A stretch of 64,000 nt of DNA from an uncultured Rikenellaceae bacterium (GCA_964568875.1 CAZMSH010000003.1:32761-96760); one strand, 5' to 3'. Shown: positions 9,252 through 22,588, counted from the first letter of the stretch. Translations and numbers: made by a program. The notes: a model not told the origin generated them from the sequence alone.

Positions 9252-12056
9252 ATGGGAACCAGTATGTTTATCAGACTTAGCAGACCGGTAATAATTGCCG
9301 TTCTGATGATTACCGCCAATCCTGTATCGGCCTGGCAGGTAAGGAACAGGGCTCAGGACCAGAGACCTGAGGTTACATGGCTGCTTGAGAATTCAGCAAT
9401 CAGGGGAGAGGTGTCTGTTTACGGTCTCTCCTCGCTGAAAAGCCCTTCAGACATCTATTCGGCTGATGTTGTCGGCAACAGGGCATGGGGCAGAACCCGG
9501 CTATTATGGAAGTATCACGGGGAAGAGTGGGTTGATGCGACCCTTAACGAATTGGTAAGGATTGAATCCTCACCACAGAAGGTTATTTTGGCCAGTCCTG
9601 ATGACGGCCGTCATCTGAAGCTGGAACAGAGCTATATATTGCATGACACCGGAATTGATCTGGAGATCATTCTAAGCAACAGGTCGGATAAGATCGTACG
9701 GGTTGGAGATCTTGCTTTAGGGCTCCCGTGGCGCAGGCCTTCCGGGGAAAATCCGGAGTACATCTTCGAGAATTGCTTTACCAAACATCATTTTATTTCG
9801 GGCGACGGATCGTTTGTATTTTTTACCAAACCATCAGGCGACCCTCCATTTATAATGGTATTGCCTAAGGAGGGCACCTCGCTGGAGTATTTTGACAGTC
9901 AGCAGGGTGAATATAAGGTGTTCGTACATTCAGAAGTGTCGGGGAACTCAGTTCCGGGAGGCGACTGGAGGATGCCTCACACCGGAACCGACATTGAACC
10001 ATCAGGGAGTATCTCGTACGGTTTCAGACTGAGATGGGCAGATAGCTGGGATGACATGCGGCATGTTCTGTATGAGGAGGGTCTTCTTGACGTCAGGGTT
10101 ATTCCAGGCATGTCGCTGCCTTCTGATCTGAAGGCAAGGATTTCGATACATACCAAAAAGCCTGTAGCGTCTCTTGTGGCTGAATTTCCAGATGCTACAA
10201 CGATAGAGTATCTGGGAGAGAAGCTATCCGATCATCACCTCTATGAGATCGAATTCAGAAAGCTGGGAGAGAACCTGATAACAGTTAATTATGGTAACGG
10301 GGAGTCGACGCAACTTGAGTTTTTTTCAACAGAACCTGTGGAGACGCTGATTAAGAAGCGCAGTGCATTTCTGGTAAACAGCCAGCAGCACCGTGACCCT
10401 GAAAAATGGTATAACGGCCTCTACTCTGTTTATGACTGGAGGACCGGGGTACTGCGGGGACCGGATGACACTGACGGTTATGACGGCTGGTGGGGATATG
10501 TGCTTGCCTGTGATGACCCCGCTCTTGGGAAGGCACCGTACATAGCGGCCAAGAATGTATATTATCCTGATGATGAAGAGATAGCATCAGTGGAGTACTA
10601 CATAGAGAATTTTGTCTGGGACGGTTTGCAGAGAACCGATAAGGATGATCCATATCCTTATGGTGTTTATGGTGTTCCGAACTGGAAATCAGCCCGAGAT
10701 CCGGTTGAGAGGGCTAAAATCAGCTCCACAAATCTTGACAGGATGAAAATATGGAGGTCATATGATTATCCGCATGTAACAATGCTTTACTATCACATGT
10801 ATGAGATTGCTAAAATGTATCCCGGCAAGGTGAACTATCTTGATGCGGCCGGTTATCTCGAGAGGGCATACCAGACTGCCAGGGCTTACTTCATCTATCC
10901 GTATGAGGTCCTTCCATGGTATGAGACTTATAAGTGGGGATGCTATAATGAGCTGGTGATTGAGAAGCTTATCAGAGACCTTGAGATTGAAGGAAGGCGG
11001 GAGGAGGCTTATTGGCTGAGGCATCAGTACGAAATCAAGGTAAAGTACTTTGTATATGATGACAAATATCCCTTCAGATCAGAGTATGCCATTGACCGTA
11101 CGGCATTTGAATCATCATATGCCTTCGCAAAGTACGGTACTCTGAATGAGATGCAGCCGGACGAGAATCTGTGGTTTGATAAAAATGACAGTGTCTGGTA
11201 TTCCCACCCTGTGGTCAGGAAGGAAGACTCACGGGAGTTTATGGACAGACAGCATTATGCAGGACTTGCGGTACGCGGATGGCTTGAGCCCAAATATTTC
11301 CTTATGGGAGGCGATTGGACATCCAGTTCCGATAACCATAGCCTGAGTTATATGGCTAAGATGGGAGGATGGGCGATTCTTGATTACGGGATAAATTTTG
11401 CTGACAACCCTTACGACTGGCTCCAACTGGGGTATGCTTCATATTTAAGTTCATGGGCACTGATGAATACAGGAACGCCGGAGTCTGACTATGGTTTCTG
11501 GGCTCCCGGGAAGAAGAACGATGGTGCCATGGGATGGGCATTCATGGAGTCGAAGCAGGGTAATGCATGGATCAGGAAGACAATCGACAGGGGAGCCTGG
11601 TTCTATGATGGTGAGGCTGATCTTGGCCTTGGTGCAACTTTCAGGATGGCTGCAACTGTGCTGACAGATGACCCACTGTTTGGATGGACCGCCCTGGGCG
11701 GTGTTCTGAATGAGACAAGGAAGGAGTTTCTTGTAAATCCGAGAGATGGTGTCAGAAACAGATTTTCACTCGTTACAGGCTCAGAGAGACTTACTGTAGA
11801 GGTTGACCGTGACGGATTCAGCCGGAATCACGATGTAAGGGTATCCAAAAACCTAAGGAAACTTACTTTCATACTTGAAAACAGGAGTGCAGATAATCAT
11901 ACCACGACTGTCAGATTTTTCACCCTTCCCGACAAGGACCTAAAAGTTAAATTTGATGGCAAAACCCAGGATGTGATAAGGAAAGGTGATCGTGAGATGG
12001 AGGTTGCTCTTGCAGTTGGAAAGACAACCCATACCCTTGTCGTGGAGATGAAGTGA
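9252..12056 (+). CDS. Large secreted protein of unknown function, a candidate glycan-active enzyme (from memory it resembles DUF5695-type proteins; not verified)
   Basis: 934-aa intact ORF with a signal peptide (IIAVLMITANPVSAWQ). It starts 15 nt after the GH127 gene and is followed by the mutarotase gene. I recognised no known catalytic motif. Confidence 0.4.
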   Translation: MGTSMFIRLSRPVIIAVLMITANPVSAWQVRNRAQDQRPEVTWLLENSAIRGEVSVYGLSSLKSPSDIYSADVVGNRAWGRTRLLWKYHGEEWVDATLNELVRIESSPQKVILASPDDGRHLKLEQSYILHDTGIDLEIILSNRSDKIVRVGDLALGLPWRRPSGENPEYIFENCFTKHHFISGDGSFVFFTKPSGDPPFIMVLPKEGTSLEYFDSQQGEYKVFVHSEVSGNSVPGGDWRMPHTGTDIEPSGSISYGFRLRWADSWDDMRHVLYEEGLLDVRVIPGMSLPSDLKARISIHTKKPVASLVAEFPDATTIEYLGEKLSDHHLYEIEFRKLGENLITVNYGNGESTQLEFFSTEPVETLIKKRSAFLVNSQQHRDPEKWYNGLYSVYDWRTGVLRGPDDTDGYDGWWGYVLACDDPALGKAPYIAAKNVYYPDDEEIASVEYYIENFVWDGLQRTDKDDPYPYGVYGVPNWKSARDPVERAKISSTNLDRMKIWRSYDYPHVTMLYYHMYEIAKMYPGKVNYLDAAGYLERAYQTARAYFIYPYEVLPWYETYKWGCYNELVIEKLIRDLEIEGRREEAYWLRHQYEIKVKYFVYDDKYPFRSEYAIDRTAFESSYAFAKYGTLNEMQPDENLWFDKNDSVWYSHPVVRKEDSREFMDRQHYAGLAVRGWLEPKYFLMGGDWTSSSDNHSLSYMAKMGGWAILDYGINFADNPYDWLQLGYASYLSSWALMNTGTPESDYGFWAPGKKNDGAMGWAFMESKQGNAWIRKTIDRGAWFYDGEADLGLGATFRMAATVLTDDPLFGWTALGGVLNETRKEFLVNPRDGVRNRFSLVTGSERLTVEVDRDGFSRNHDVRVSKNLRKLTFILENRSADNHTTTVRFFTLPDKDLKVKFDGKTQDVIRKGDREMEVALAVGKTTHTLVVEMK

Positions 12057-12109
12057 CAGAGATAGATTCCGCAGGAAAAAAGAGTAACTTCGCAAATAAA
12101 AATTGAGAT

Positions 12110-13234
12110 ATGAAAAGAGAATTTTTAATCACAGGTCTGGCTGTTTTGATTCTGATGTCAGGAATGTCGGCCTGTAAAAACGGAAAAAAAGAAGAAATGG
12201 TAACTAAAGCACCCTTTGGCACCTTTAATGGTAAGGAAGTATTTATGTATACACTTACCAATGCCGATGGCAATGAGCTTCGTCTTACAAACTACGGGGC
12301 AACGATAGTGTATATTAGTGTTCCTGACAGGGACGGAAAGAAGGACAATATAACCTTCGGATATGAGACCCTCGATGGCTATATTAACGGAGATCCTTAT
12401 TTCGGTGCCGTTGTAGGCCGTTACGCAAACCGTATCGGACAAGGTAAATTCACTCTCGACGGTGTTGAGTACTCACTTACACTAAATAACGGGCCCAACA
12501 CCCTGCATGGTGGCCCTGGAGGATGGCACAGCGTAGTATGGGATGCTGAAATAGTGGAAGGTTCCAATGCAGTCAGGTTTACCTATTTCAGTCCTGATAT
12601 GGAAGAAGGCTACCCCGGCAACATGAATGCAGAAGTGGTTTACACCTGGACCGACAGCAATGAGATTATTATGGATTACGCCGTTACTACTGACAAAAAG
12701 AGTGTTATAAACATAACAAACCATGCATACTTCAACCTGCATGGGGCCGGTAAGGGTGACATTCTTGATCATGAGCTTACGATTCACGCATCTGCATTTA
12801 CTCCCGTTGATGAGACCCTGATTCCAACAGGTGAAATCAGACCGGTTGCCGGTACCCCGTTTGATTTTACTTCACCGATACTGATCGGTGAGCGTATTGG
12901 AGAGGAGGATGAGCAGTTGCTACTCGGCCTGGGATACGATCACAATTTCGTGCTCGACAATACCGGAGAGATCGATGCAGTGGTATTTGAACCTGTATCG
13001 GGAAGAGTACTTGAGGTTATTACTGATCTTCCCGGTGTTCAGTTTTACTGCGGGAACTTCCTTGACGGTACGCAGACCGGACATGGAGGTCTGAAGTATG
13101 AGTACAGAAGCGGGTTGTGTCTTGAGACACAATTCTTCCCCGACAGTCCGAACAAACCAGACTTCCCATCAGCTGTAATTGAAGCAGGTGAAACCTTTAA
13201 GACACGTACGATATACAGGTTTTCGGTGAGGTAA
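12110..13234 (+). CDS. galM: Aldose 1-epimerase (galactose/arabinose mutarotase), lipoprotein form
   Basis: Lipobox LILMSGMSACK. Mutarotase blocks GRYANRI, NTLHGG, EEGYPGN, NHAYFNL and GLCLETQ. Confidence 0.88.
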   Translation: MKREFLITGLAVLILMSGMSACKNGKKEEMVTKAPFGTFNGKEVFMYTLTNADGNELRLTNYGATIVYISVPDRDGKKDNITFGYETLDGYINGDPYFGAVVGRYANRIGQGKFTLDGVEYSLTLNNGPNTLHGGPGGWHSVVWDAEIVEGSNAVRFTYFSPDMEEGYPGNMNAEVVYTWTDSNEIIMDYAVTTDKKSVINITNHAYFNLHGAGKGDILDHELTIHASAFTPVDETLIPTGEIRPVAGTPFDFTSPILIGERIGEEDEQLLLGLGYDHNFVLDNTGEIDAVVFEPVSGRVLEVITDLPGVQFYCGNFLDGTQTGHGGLKYEYRSGLCLETQFFPDSPNKPDFPSAVIEAGETFKTRTIYRFSVR

Positions 13235-13434
13235 TACCCAATGTTTTTAACGTTGATAATAAATGGGTTAGATTACCAGAGTAGATTTTGTGTTTTTTTA
13301 ACAAAAAAAATTGCATTATAGCAATTTTGTTTTTATCTTTGTAGAAAGATTATAAGTGTATATTTCACATTTAATCTTGGATCAATAGAATTTAAAGTCT
13401 TTTCATTAGGTTAGATTTATTTGGGTTTAGTTGA

Positions 13435-13476
13435 AGAGGAGTGGTCATCGGGGGAGGACTGCTCCTCTATCTTTTT
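13435..13476 (+). terminator. Intrinsic terminator-like hairpin in the galM-GH51 spacer
   Basis: AGAGGAGTGGTC (13435-13446) pairs with GACTGCTCCTCT (13457-13468): 12 bp including 2 G-U pairs and a 10-nt loop. It is followed by ATCTTTTT. Confidence 0.55.
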
Positions 13477-13613
13477 GTAATACTGTTTCATCAAGCAACC
13501 TTTTTTCTTTCCTGCTCTTGAATTTTGTTATTGTTTTGACTATTTTGGTTAATAAATAAAAGTCTGCTACAGACACCTGGATCATTAGACAATAACCAAT
13601 AAATCAGTTAGAT

Positions 13614-15977
13614 ATGAAAGTTGTTATTAAGGTTTTAACAGTGGCTGCAATATTTTTTCAGTCATGCAGTGGCGGTATGCAGCCCTGGACGGGTGGTAAT
13701 TACGGGGAGATTATAAATCCATCGGCCGAAGAGGTTGAATCTTCAGTTGTAAAAGGATGGACTGCCGACAACAGGAACCGTGATGCCATTTTGTTTTATG
13801 ATACCGAGACCGCTCATCACGGTACGAAGAGTTTAATGATACGTTCAGGGCGTGAGGCGTATGGTCGCTGGTCAACAAAGGTTAATCTGAGGCCCTGGTC
13901 TACTTACAGGTTTACCGGCTGGATAAGGACTGAGAATATTGAGACTACCAGGGGAAGGGGTGCAGGTTTCAGGCTTGATGGCATAAGGATTGAGCCGGTT
14001 GGTTATACCGGCAACAATGAATGGACCGAAGTGGTTTATGAGTTTGATACCGGCAATGACGACTGTGTTACCCTTGCATGCATGCTGGATATATCAGGAA
14101 ATGGGAAGGGCCGGGTATGGTTTGACGATATGAAATTTGAACTTGTCAGTACAGAGAAATACAGTACCGATATAACTGTGAATATCGATTCTCTTTCTGA
14201 GCCAATGCCTGTCTACATCTATGGTCAGTTTATTGAGCATCTTGGACGGTGCATTTATGGTGGTATTTGGGCAGAGATGTTTGAGGACCGAAAATTCTGG
14301 TATACACCGGGAGAACGTGAGTCTCCGTGGCGGGTATCGGGAAACAGGGATTTGTTTACAATGGAGCGTACTTACCCATTTACAGGCTCGCAGACGCCTG
14401 TTTTAGGTGTCAATGCCGGCGGTGCGGCTGTTATGTCGCAGGAGAATCTGGGTTTTCGTGAAGGAATGACATACTCGGGAAGGATTATTCTGCAGGCAAC
14501 ACCCGGCATTACAGGAGTCAAGGTAAAAGTGAGGATAGCAGATACAGAACAGGTAGTTTTTATTGATAACCCTGGTGGAGGTTACAGGGAGTATCCGCTT
14601 AGCTTTGGAAGTGACAGGCTCGTTCACGATGGTGTTTTTACAATTGAGCCTGAGGGTATTGGAAGGATATGGGTTGGCACGGTGTCATTGATGCCTGATG
14701 ACAATATTGATGGTTTCAGAAAAGATGTAATGACATTGCTTAAGGAGCTTGATTCTCCAGTTTACAGGTGGCCCGGGGGAAATTTTGTCAGTGGATATGA
14801 CTGGAAGGATGGTGTCGGTGACCGTGACCGGAGGCCCCCGAGAAAGAATCCTGCATGGAGGGGTGTCGAGTCGAATGACGTTGGCATGCATGAGTTTATA
14901 CGTTTCTGTGAGTTATTGGGAACCGAGCCTTACATTGCTGTCAATGCAGGCCTTGGTAATGCTGAAGAGGCCCGTCAGCAGGCAGAGTACTGCAATGGAC
15001 CTCTTTCAACTCCGATGGGCAGATGGAGGGCGACCAACGGATCATCTGAACCATGGAATGTAAAATGGTGGTCGATCGGGAATGAGATGTACGGTGACTG
15101 GCAGCTCGGACATATGTCGACCGAAGCCTTTGTTGAGAAACACAATGAGTTTGCCCGGGCAATGCGAAGCGTTGATACGACCATAGTGCTCATTGCCGTC
15201 GGAGAAGTCGGCCCGTGGGATGAGATGATGCTTGCCAACTGTTCGGATAATATGGATATGATAAGTGAGCATTTTTACCGCCAAGACTGGCATGGAGGCG
15301 GATTGATGACTCATGTAAAACAGATACCTGATGCCATTAGGCAGAAGGCTGTTGCTCACCGCAACTACAGGGAGACTATTCCGTCACTGGAGGGTAAGGA
15401 TATAAGGATATGTATGGATGAGTGGAATTACTGGTATGGTCCTCACATTTATGGAGAGCTGGGAACAAGGTACTTTTATCGTGACGCCATTGGTATAGCG
15501 GCAGGACTTAATGAGTTTTCACGAAATACCGACATCATCTATATGGCCAATTATGCGCAGACAGTAAATGTTATCGGAGCCATTAAGGCTTCAACCACCC
15601 ACTCTGAGTTTGATGGTACGGGACAGGTATTAAAGATGTACCGGCACAGGTTCGGAACAATTCCGGCAGCGATTGAAGGAGAAACCCGGCCATTTGATAT
15701 AGCTGCTACTCTGACCGCAGCCATGGATACCCTTACGATATCGGTTGTAAATGCCACGTGGGACGAGATTTCTTTTCCATTGAAAGTAAAAGGAGGCACC
15801 CTGGGTGGCAGAATGGATATATGGAAGGTTATTTCACCAGACGACATGTCACACAATGAACCGGGGAGGGAGCCGCCGGTAAGGATTGTTTCAGAATTGA
15901 ATGCTGCCCGTCCGCTAAAGCTGAAAGCAGAACCGGCAAGCATCACTATCTTCAGGATTCCGGTTATACCGGATTAA
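13614..15977 (+). CDS. GH51-like alpha-L-arabinofuranosidase with an N-terminal CBM4/9-like domain
   Basis: Lipoprotein signal (AAIFFQSCSGG). GH51 blocks YRWPGGNFVSGYDWKDGVG and WSIGNEMYGDWQLGH (GNE acid/base region). The N-terminal roughly 180 aa resembles carbohydrate-binding jelly-roll modules. Confidence 0.82.
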   Translation: MKVVIKVLTVAAIFFQSCSGGMQPWTGGNYGEIINPSAEEVESSVVKGWTADNRNRDAILFYDTETAHHGTKSLMIRSGREAYGRWSTKVNLRPWSTYRFTGWIRTENIETTRGRGAGFRLDGIRIEPVGYTGNNEWTEVVYEFDTGNDDCVTLACMLDISGNGKGRVWFDDMKFELVSTEKYSTDITVNIDSLSEPMPVYIYGQFIEHLGRCIYGGIWAEMFEDRKFWYTPGERESPWRVSGNRDLFTMERTYPFTGSQTPVLGVNAGGAAVMSQENLGFREGMTYSGRIILQATPGITGVKVKVRIADTEQVVFIDNPGGGYREYPLSFGSDRLVHDGVFTIEPEGIGRIWVGTVSLMPDDNIDGFRKDVMTLLKELDSPVYRWPGGNFVSGYDWKDGVGDRDRRPPRKNPAWRGVESNDVGMHEFIRFCELLGTEPYIAVNAGLGNAEEARQQAEYCNGPLSTPMGRWRATNGSSEPWNVKWWSIGNEMYGDWQLGHMSTEAFVEKHNEFARAMRSVDTTIVLIAVGEVGPWDEMMLANCSDNMDMISEHFYRQDWHGGGLMTHVKQIPDAIRQKAVAHRNYRETIPSLEGKDIRICMDEWNYWYGPHIYGELGTRYFYRDAIGIAAGLNEFSRNTDIIYMANYAQTVNVIGAIKASTTHSEFDGTGQVLKMYRHRFGTIPAAIEGETRPFDIAATLTAAMDTLTISVVNATWDEISFPLKVKGGTLGGRMDIWKVISPDDMSHNEPGREPPVRIVSELNAARPLKLKAEPASITIFRIPVIPD

Positions 15978-16028
15978 TGTTTGTGCTTTATGATAACTTG
16001 ACTATTTTGCAGTTGCAATTAGGTTGTC

Positions 16029-17411
16029 ATGAGTACATCTCTTCCGGAGGAATTCACGGCGAGGCTCTCTTCGCAAAAGTATATTGAGAAAGAGACTCTT
16101 ATTGAGGCTCTTTCTTCCGTATCCCCGGTATCAATACGGCTGAACAGTGCCAAGTGGGAAAACACTCCGGCATTGGGAGACAAAGTGCCATGGTGTGCTA
16201 CAGGATACTGGCTTCCCAGACGTCCGGTCTTTACACTCGATCCGCTATTTCACGCCGGTTGTTACTACGTTCAGGAAGCCTCGAGCATGTTCCTTGAGCA
16301 GGTGATAAGGCAGGCAGGCGGAGATGCTGACGGCCTTAGAATTCTTGACCTGTGCGCCGCCCCGGGAGGTAAGACAACTCATCTCTCTGCCCTTGCTGGC
16401 AGTGATTCTGTCATTGTGGCCAATGAAGTGATCAGAGGCAGGGCTTCAGTATTATCAGAGAATGTTACCAGATGGGGCATTCCGAATGTTATTGTAACAG
16501 GCAGCGATGCTTCATCATTTGCAAACCTGAGGGGGTATTTCGATATTGTTGTTGTTGATGCTCCATGCTCTGGAGAGGGAATGTTCAGGGAGACGCCGGT
16601 TCGCAATGAATGGAGTTTGTCAGCATGTGGCTTGTGCGCATCGAGACAATGGCGGATTATTACGGATGTATGGCCGTCGCTGAAGGAGGGAGGCATACTT
16701 GTCTATTCCACCTGCACGTTCAATCCCGATGAAAACGAAAAGATAATCGATCGTCTGATTAAAACAAAGAAATGTAGTCTTGCTTTGCCGGTTGTGGCTG
16801 ATTTTACTGATGTAATACCTGTACCCGATGAGTTAAACCCGATGGGATACGGTTTCTATCCCGGCCGCATAAGGGGGGAGGGCTTCTTCATATCGGCATT
16901 ACGCAAGGAGGAATCCGAAAAAGGAATCCTGACGAAGGCCGGAAAGCGTTCAGGTAAAAGAACAGACCCGGGGTTGGTAAATAAGGCACTGGCAATGGCT
17001 ATTACTGAAGACGAGTATATTGAGGCATCAGGAGACGAGGTAACTCACCTTCCCCTGCCGAAGGATGAGTACCATATGCTTAATGAGAAGGTAAGGATAT
17101 TAAAGGGAGGAACCTCACTTTTCAGGATTAAGGGGTCTGACCTGGTGCCTCATCATGATCTTGCAATGTCACTTATTTTTCGTAGGGAGTCTGTTCCGGT
17201 TCTTAATGCAGGCGAAGAAGAGGCACTCAGATATTTGAGCCGTGATTCGGATTTTGCAACCGGGGCAGGAACCCGGGGGTGGCTGACGGTAATGCACAGA
17301 AATATACCTCTTGGATTTGCAAAGAACCTGGGTTCGAGGATCAACAACTACTATCCGCAGGAGAGAAGGATAAGGATGGACATCAGCAGGGGTGCATCAA
17401 AAGTTTTGTAA
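16029..17411 (+). CDS. rRNA cytosine-C5 methyltransferase, NOL1/NOP2/Sun (RsmB/RsmF) family
   Basis: SAM-binding DLCAAPGGKT, and catalytic Cys motifs DAPCSGEGMFR and YSTCTFNPDENE. Confidence 0.85.
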   Translation: MSTSLPEEFTARLSSQKYIEKETLIEALSSVSPVSIRLNSAKWENTPALGDKVPWCATGYWLPRRPVFTLDPLFHAGCYYVQEASSMFLEQVIRQAGGDADGLRILDLCAAPGGKTTHLSALAGSDSVIVANEVIRGRASVLSENVTRWGIPNVIVTGSDASSFANLRGYFDIVVVDAPCSGEGMFRETPVRNEWSLSACGLCASRQWRIITDVWPSLKEGGILVYSTCTFNPDENEKIIDRLIKTKKCSLALPVVADFTDVIPVPDELNPMGYGFYPGRIRGEGFFISALRKEESEKGILTKAGKRSGKRTDPGLVNKALAMAITEDEYIEASGDEVTHLPLPKDEYHMLNEKVRILKGGTSLFRIKGSDLVPHHDLAMSLIFRRESVPVLNAGEEEALRYLSRDSDFATGAGTRGWLTVMHRNIPLGFAKNLGSRINNYYPQERRIRMDISRGASKVL

Positions 17412-17607
17412 TAATGTAAGTATAGGGATAAACCCTTGTTGTGTCGCGATTTCCTTCACTAATAATTTAGAATTTGTCAGGGTTCTTCAAGAACAAGGTG
17501 GTTATTACCATTGTTATACATGATATATCTCACTATTTTTAATATCTTTAAATGCCTGCGAACAGATTATTGAAGGCTAAGAGTAATAACAAACCACTAT
17601 ATAAGAG

Positions 17608-19284
17608 ATGAAATCAGACATTCAGATTGCACAGGAGTCCACAATGCACCCCATTGTTGAGATTGCCGCCAAACTCGGCATTAAGGAAGATGACCTTGAA
17701 CTGTACGGCAAGTACAAAGCCAAGCTACCGCTTCACCTTATCGACGAAGAAAAGATAAAGAAAGCCAAGCTGGTTCTTGTAACTGCGATAACACCTACTC
17801 CGGCAGGAGAAGGAAAAACAACAACATCGATAGGCCTTGCCCAGGCTCTTAATAAGATTGGCAAGAAGACAACGGTAGTTATTCGTGAGCCCTCGCTCGG
17901 TCCGGTATTTGGCATCAAGGGCGGTGCTGCCGGCGGGGGATATTCGCAGGTTATACCTATGGAAGACATTAACCTCCATTTTACAGGTGACCTGGCTGCC
18001 GTAGAGAAGGCACACAATCTTCTGGCTGCACTCATTGACAATAACCTCCAGCTTGGCCACAAGGAGGGCAACCTGAATCTTGACCCACGAACCATTGAAT
18101 GGAAGAGGGTTATTGACATGAATGAACGTTCGCTGCGTGACATTATTATCGGACTTGGAGGACCGAAGCAGGGGGTGCCCCGTGAAACAGGTTTTAATAT
18201 AACTGCTGCCTCAGAGGTGATGGCAACCCTTTGCATGGCCACAAGCCTTATGGACCTTAAGGAGCGTCTCGGCAACATTTTTATTGGTTATACGTACGAT
18301 GGCAAAGCGGTTTTTGCACGAGACCTGAAGGCCCAGGGAGCAATGGCAGCACTTCTTAAAGATGCTATCAAACCAAATCTTGTTCAGACTCTTGAAGGAA
18401 CCCCGGCCATAATTCACGGTGGTCCGTTCGCTAACATTGCGCAGGGAACAAATACAATACTTGCTACAAAAACCGGACTGTCGCTGAGTGAATTCGTGGT
18501 TACAGAGGCAGGTTTTGCCAGTGAGCTGGGTGCGGAAAAGTTCTTTAACATCAAGTCACAATATGGTAATCTGAAGACAAATGCCGTAGTTGTCGTTGCA
18601 ACTGTACGTGCACTGAAATATCACGGAGGGGCAAAGCTGGTTGATCTTAAGAATGAAGATCTTGCGGCACTTGAGAAGGGTTTCGATAATCTTGATAAAC
18701 ATATCGAGAATATGAAGTATTACGGATTCCGACCTGTGATAGCAATAAATAAGTTTGACACCGACACCCAGGCCGAGATAGATATGATTGTCAATCACTG
18801 TGAGGGGCAGAAGTGCGTTGTGGCAGTTAACGATGCGTGGGCCAGGGGCGGAGACGGCGCCATCGAACTCGCAGAAAAGGTTGTTGCTGCAGCTGATTCT
18901 TGTCCCGACTGCTTCACTCCGCTCTACGACCTTAACTGGTCATATGAGAAGAAGATTGAGACCATTTGTACCAAAATGTATGGTGCTGACCATGTTGAGT
19001 ATACTGTTCAGGCTAAATCGCAGATAGACAGGATAGAGAAACTGGGGCTGACAAATCTTGCTGTCTGTATAGCCAAAACCCAGAAGTCTCTCTCTGATGA
19101 TCAGCATAAGAAGGGCAGGCCGACAGGATTCACCGTAAAGATCCGCGAAGTAGAACTATCGTCAGGGGCCGGATTTATTGTTCCTATTGCAGGTACAATA
19201 ATGAGGATGCCCGGATTGCCGTCAGTTCCTTCAGCAGAAAATATTGATATTGACGAAAACGGAAAGATATCAGGCTTGTTTTAG
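17608..19284 (+). CDS. fhs: Formate--tetrahydrofolate ligase
   Basis: Full-length match to the FTHFS pattern: TPTPAGEGKTTTSIGL, EPSLGPVFGIKGGAAGGGY, IHGGPFANIA. Confidence 0.95.
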   Translation: MKSDIQIAQESTMHPIVEIAAKLGIKEDDLELYGKYKAKLPLHLIDEEKIKKAKLVLVTAITPTPAGEGKTTTSIGLAQALNKIGKKTTVVIREPSLGPVFGIKGGAAGGGYSQVIPMEDINLHFTGDLAAVEKAHNLLAALIDNNLQLGHKEGNLNLDPRTIEWKRVIDMNERSLRDIIIGLGGPKQGVPRETGFNITAASEVMATLCMATSLMDLKERLGNIFIGYTYDGKAVFARDLKAQGAMAALLKDAIKPNLVQTLEGTPAIIHGGPFANIAQGTNTILATKTGLSLSEFVVTEAGFASELGAEKFFNIKSQYGNLKTNAVVVVATVRALKYHGGAKLVDLKNEDLAALEKGFDNLDKHIENMKYYGFRPVIAINKFDTDTQAEIDMIVNHCEGQKCVVAVNDAWARGGDGAIELAEKVVAAADSCPDCFTPLYDLNWSYEKKIETICTKMYGADHVEYTVQAKSQIDRIEKLGLTNLAVCIAKTQKSLSDDQHKKGRPTGFTVKIREVELSSGAGFIVPIAGTIMRMPGLPSVPSAENIDIDENGKISGLF

Positions 19285-19297
19285 GAGGGTCACATAG

Positions 19298-22587
<3,290 letters not shown>

Positions 22588-22588
<1 letters not shown>

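Noticed and set aside
17412-17607. ZTP (pfl) or THF riboswitch upstream of fhs
   Set aside because: There is no GGGTCGTGAC/CCGCCTGGGCA-like ZTP core and no THF aptamer elements. The only features are a 13-bp palindrome GTTCTTcAAGAAC (17482-17494) and a weak CCTTGTT/AACAAGG pairing, which are too little to call.
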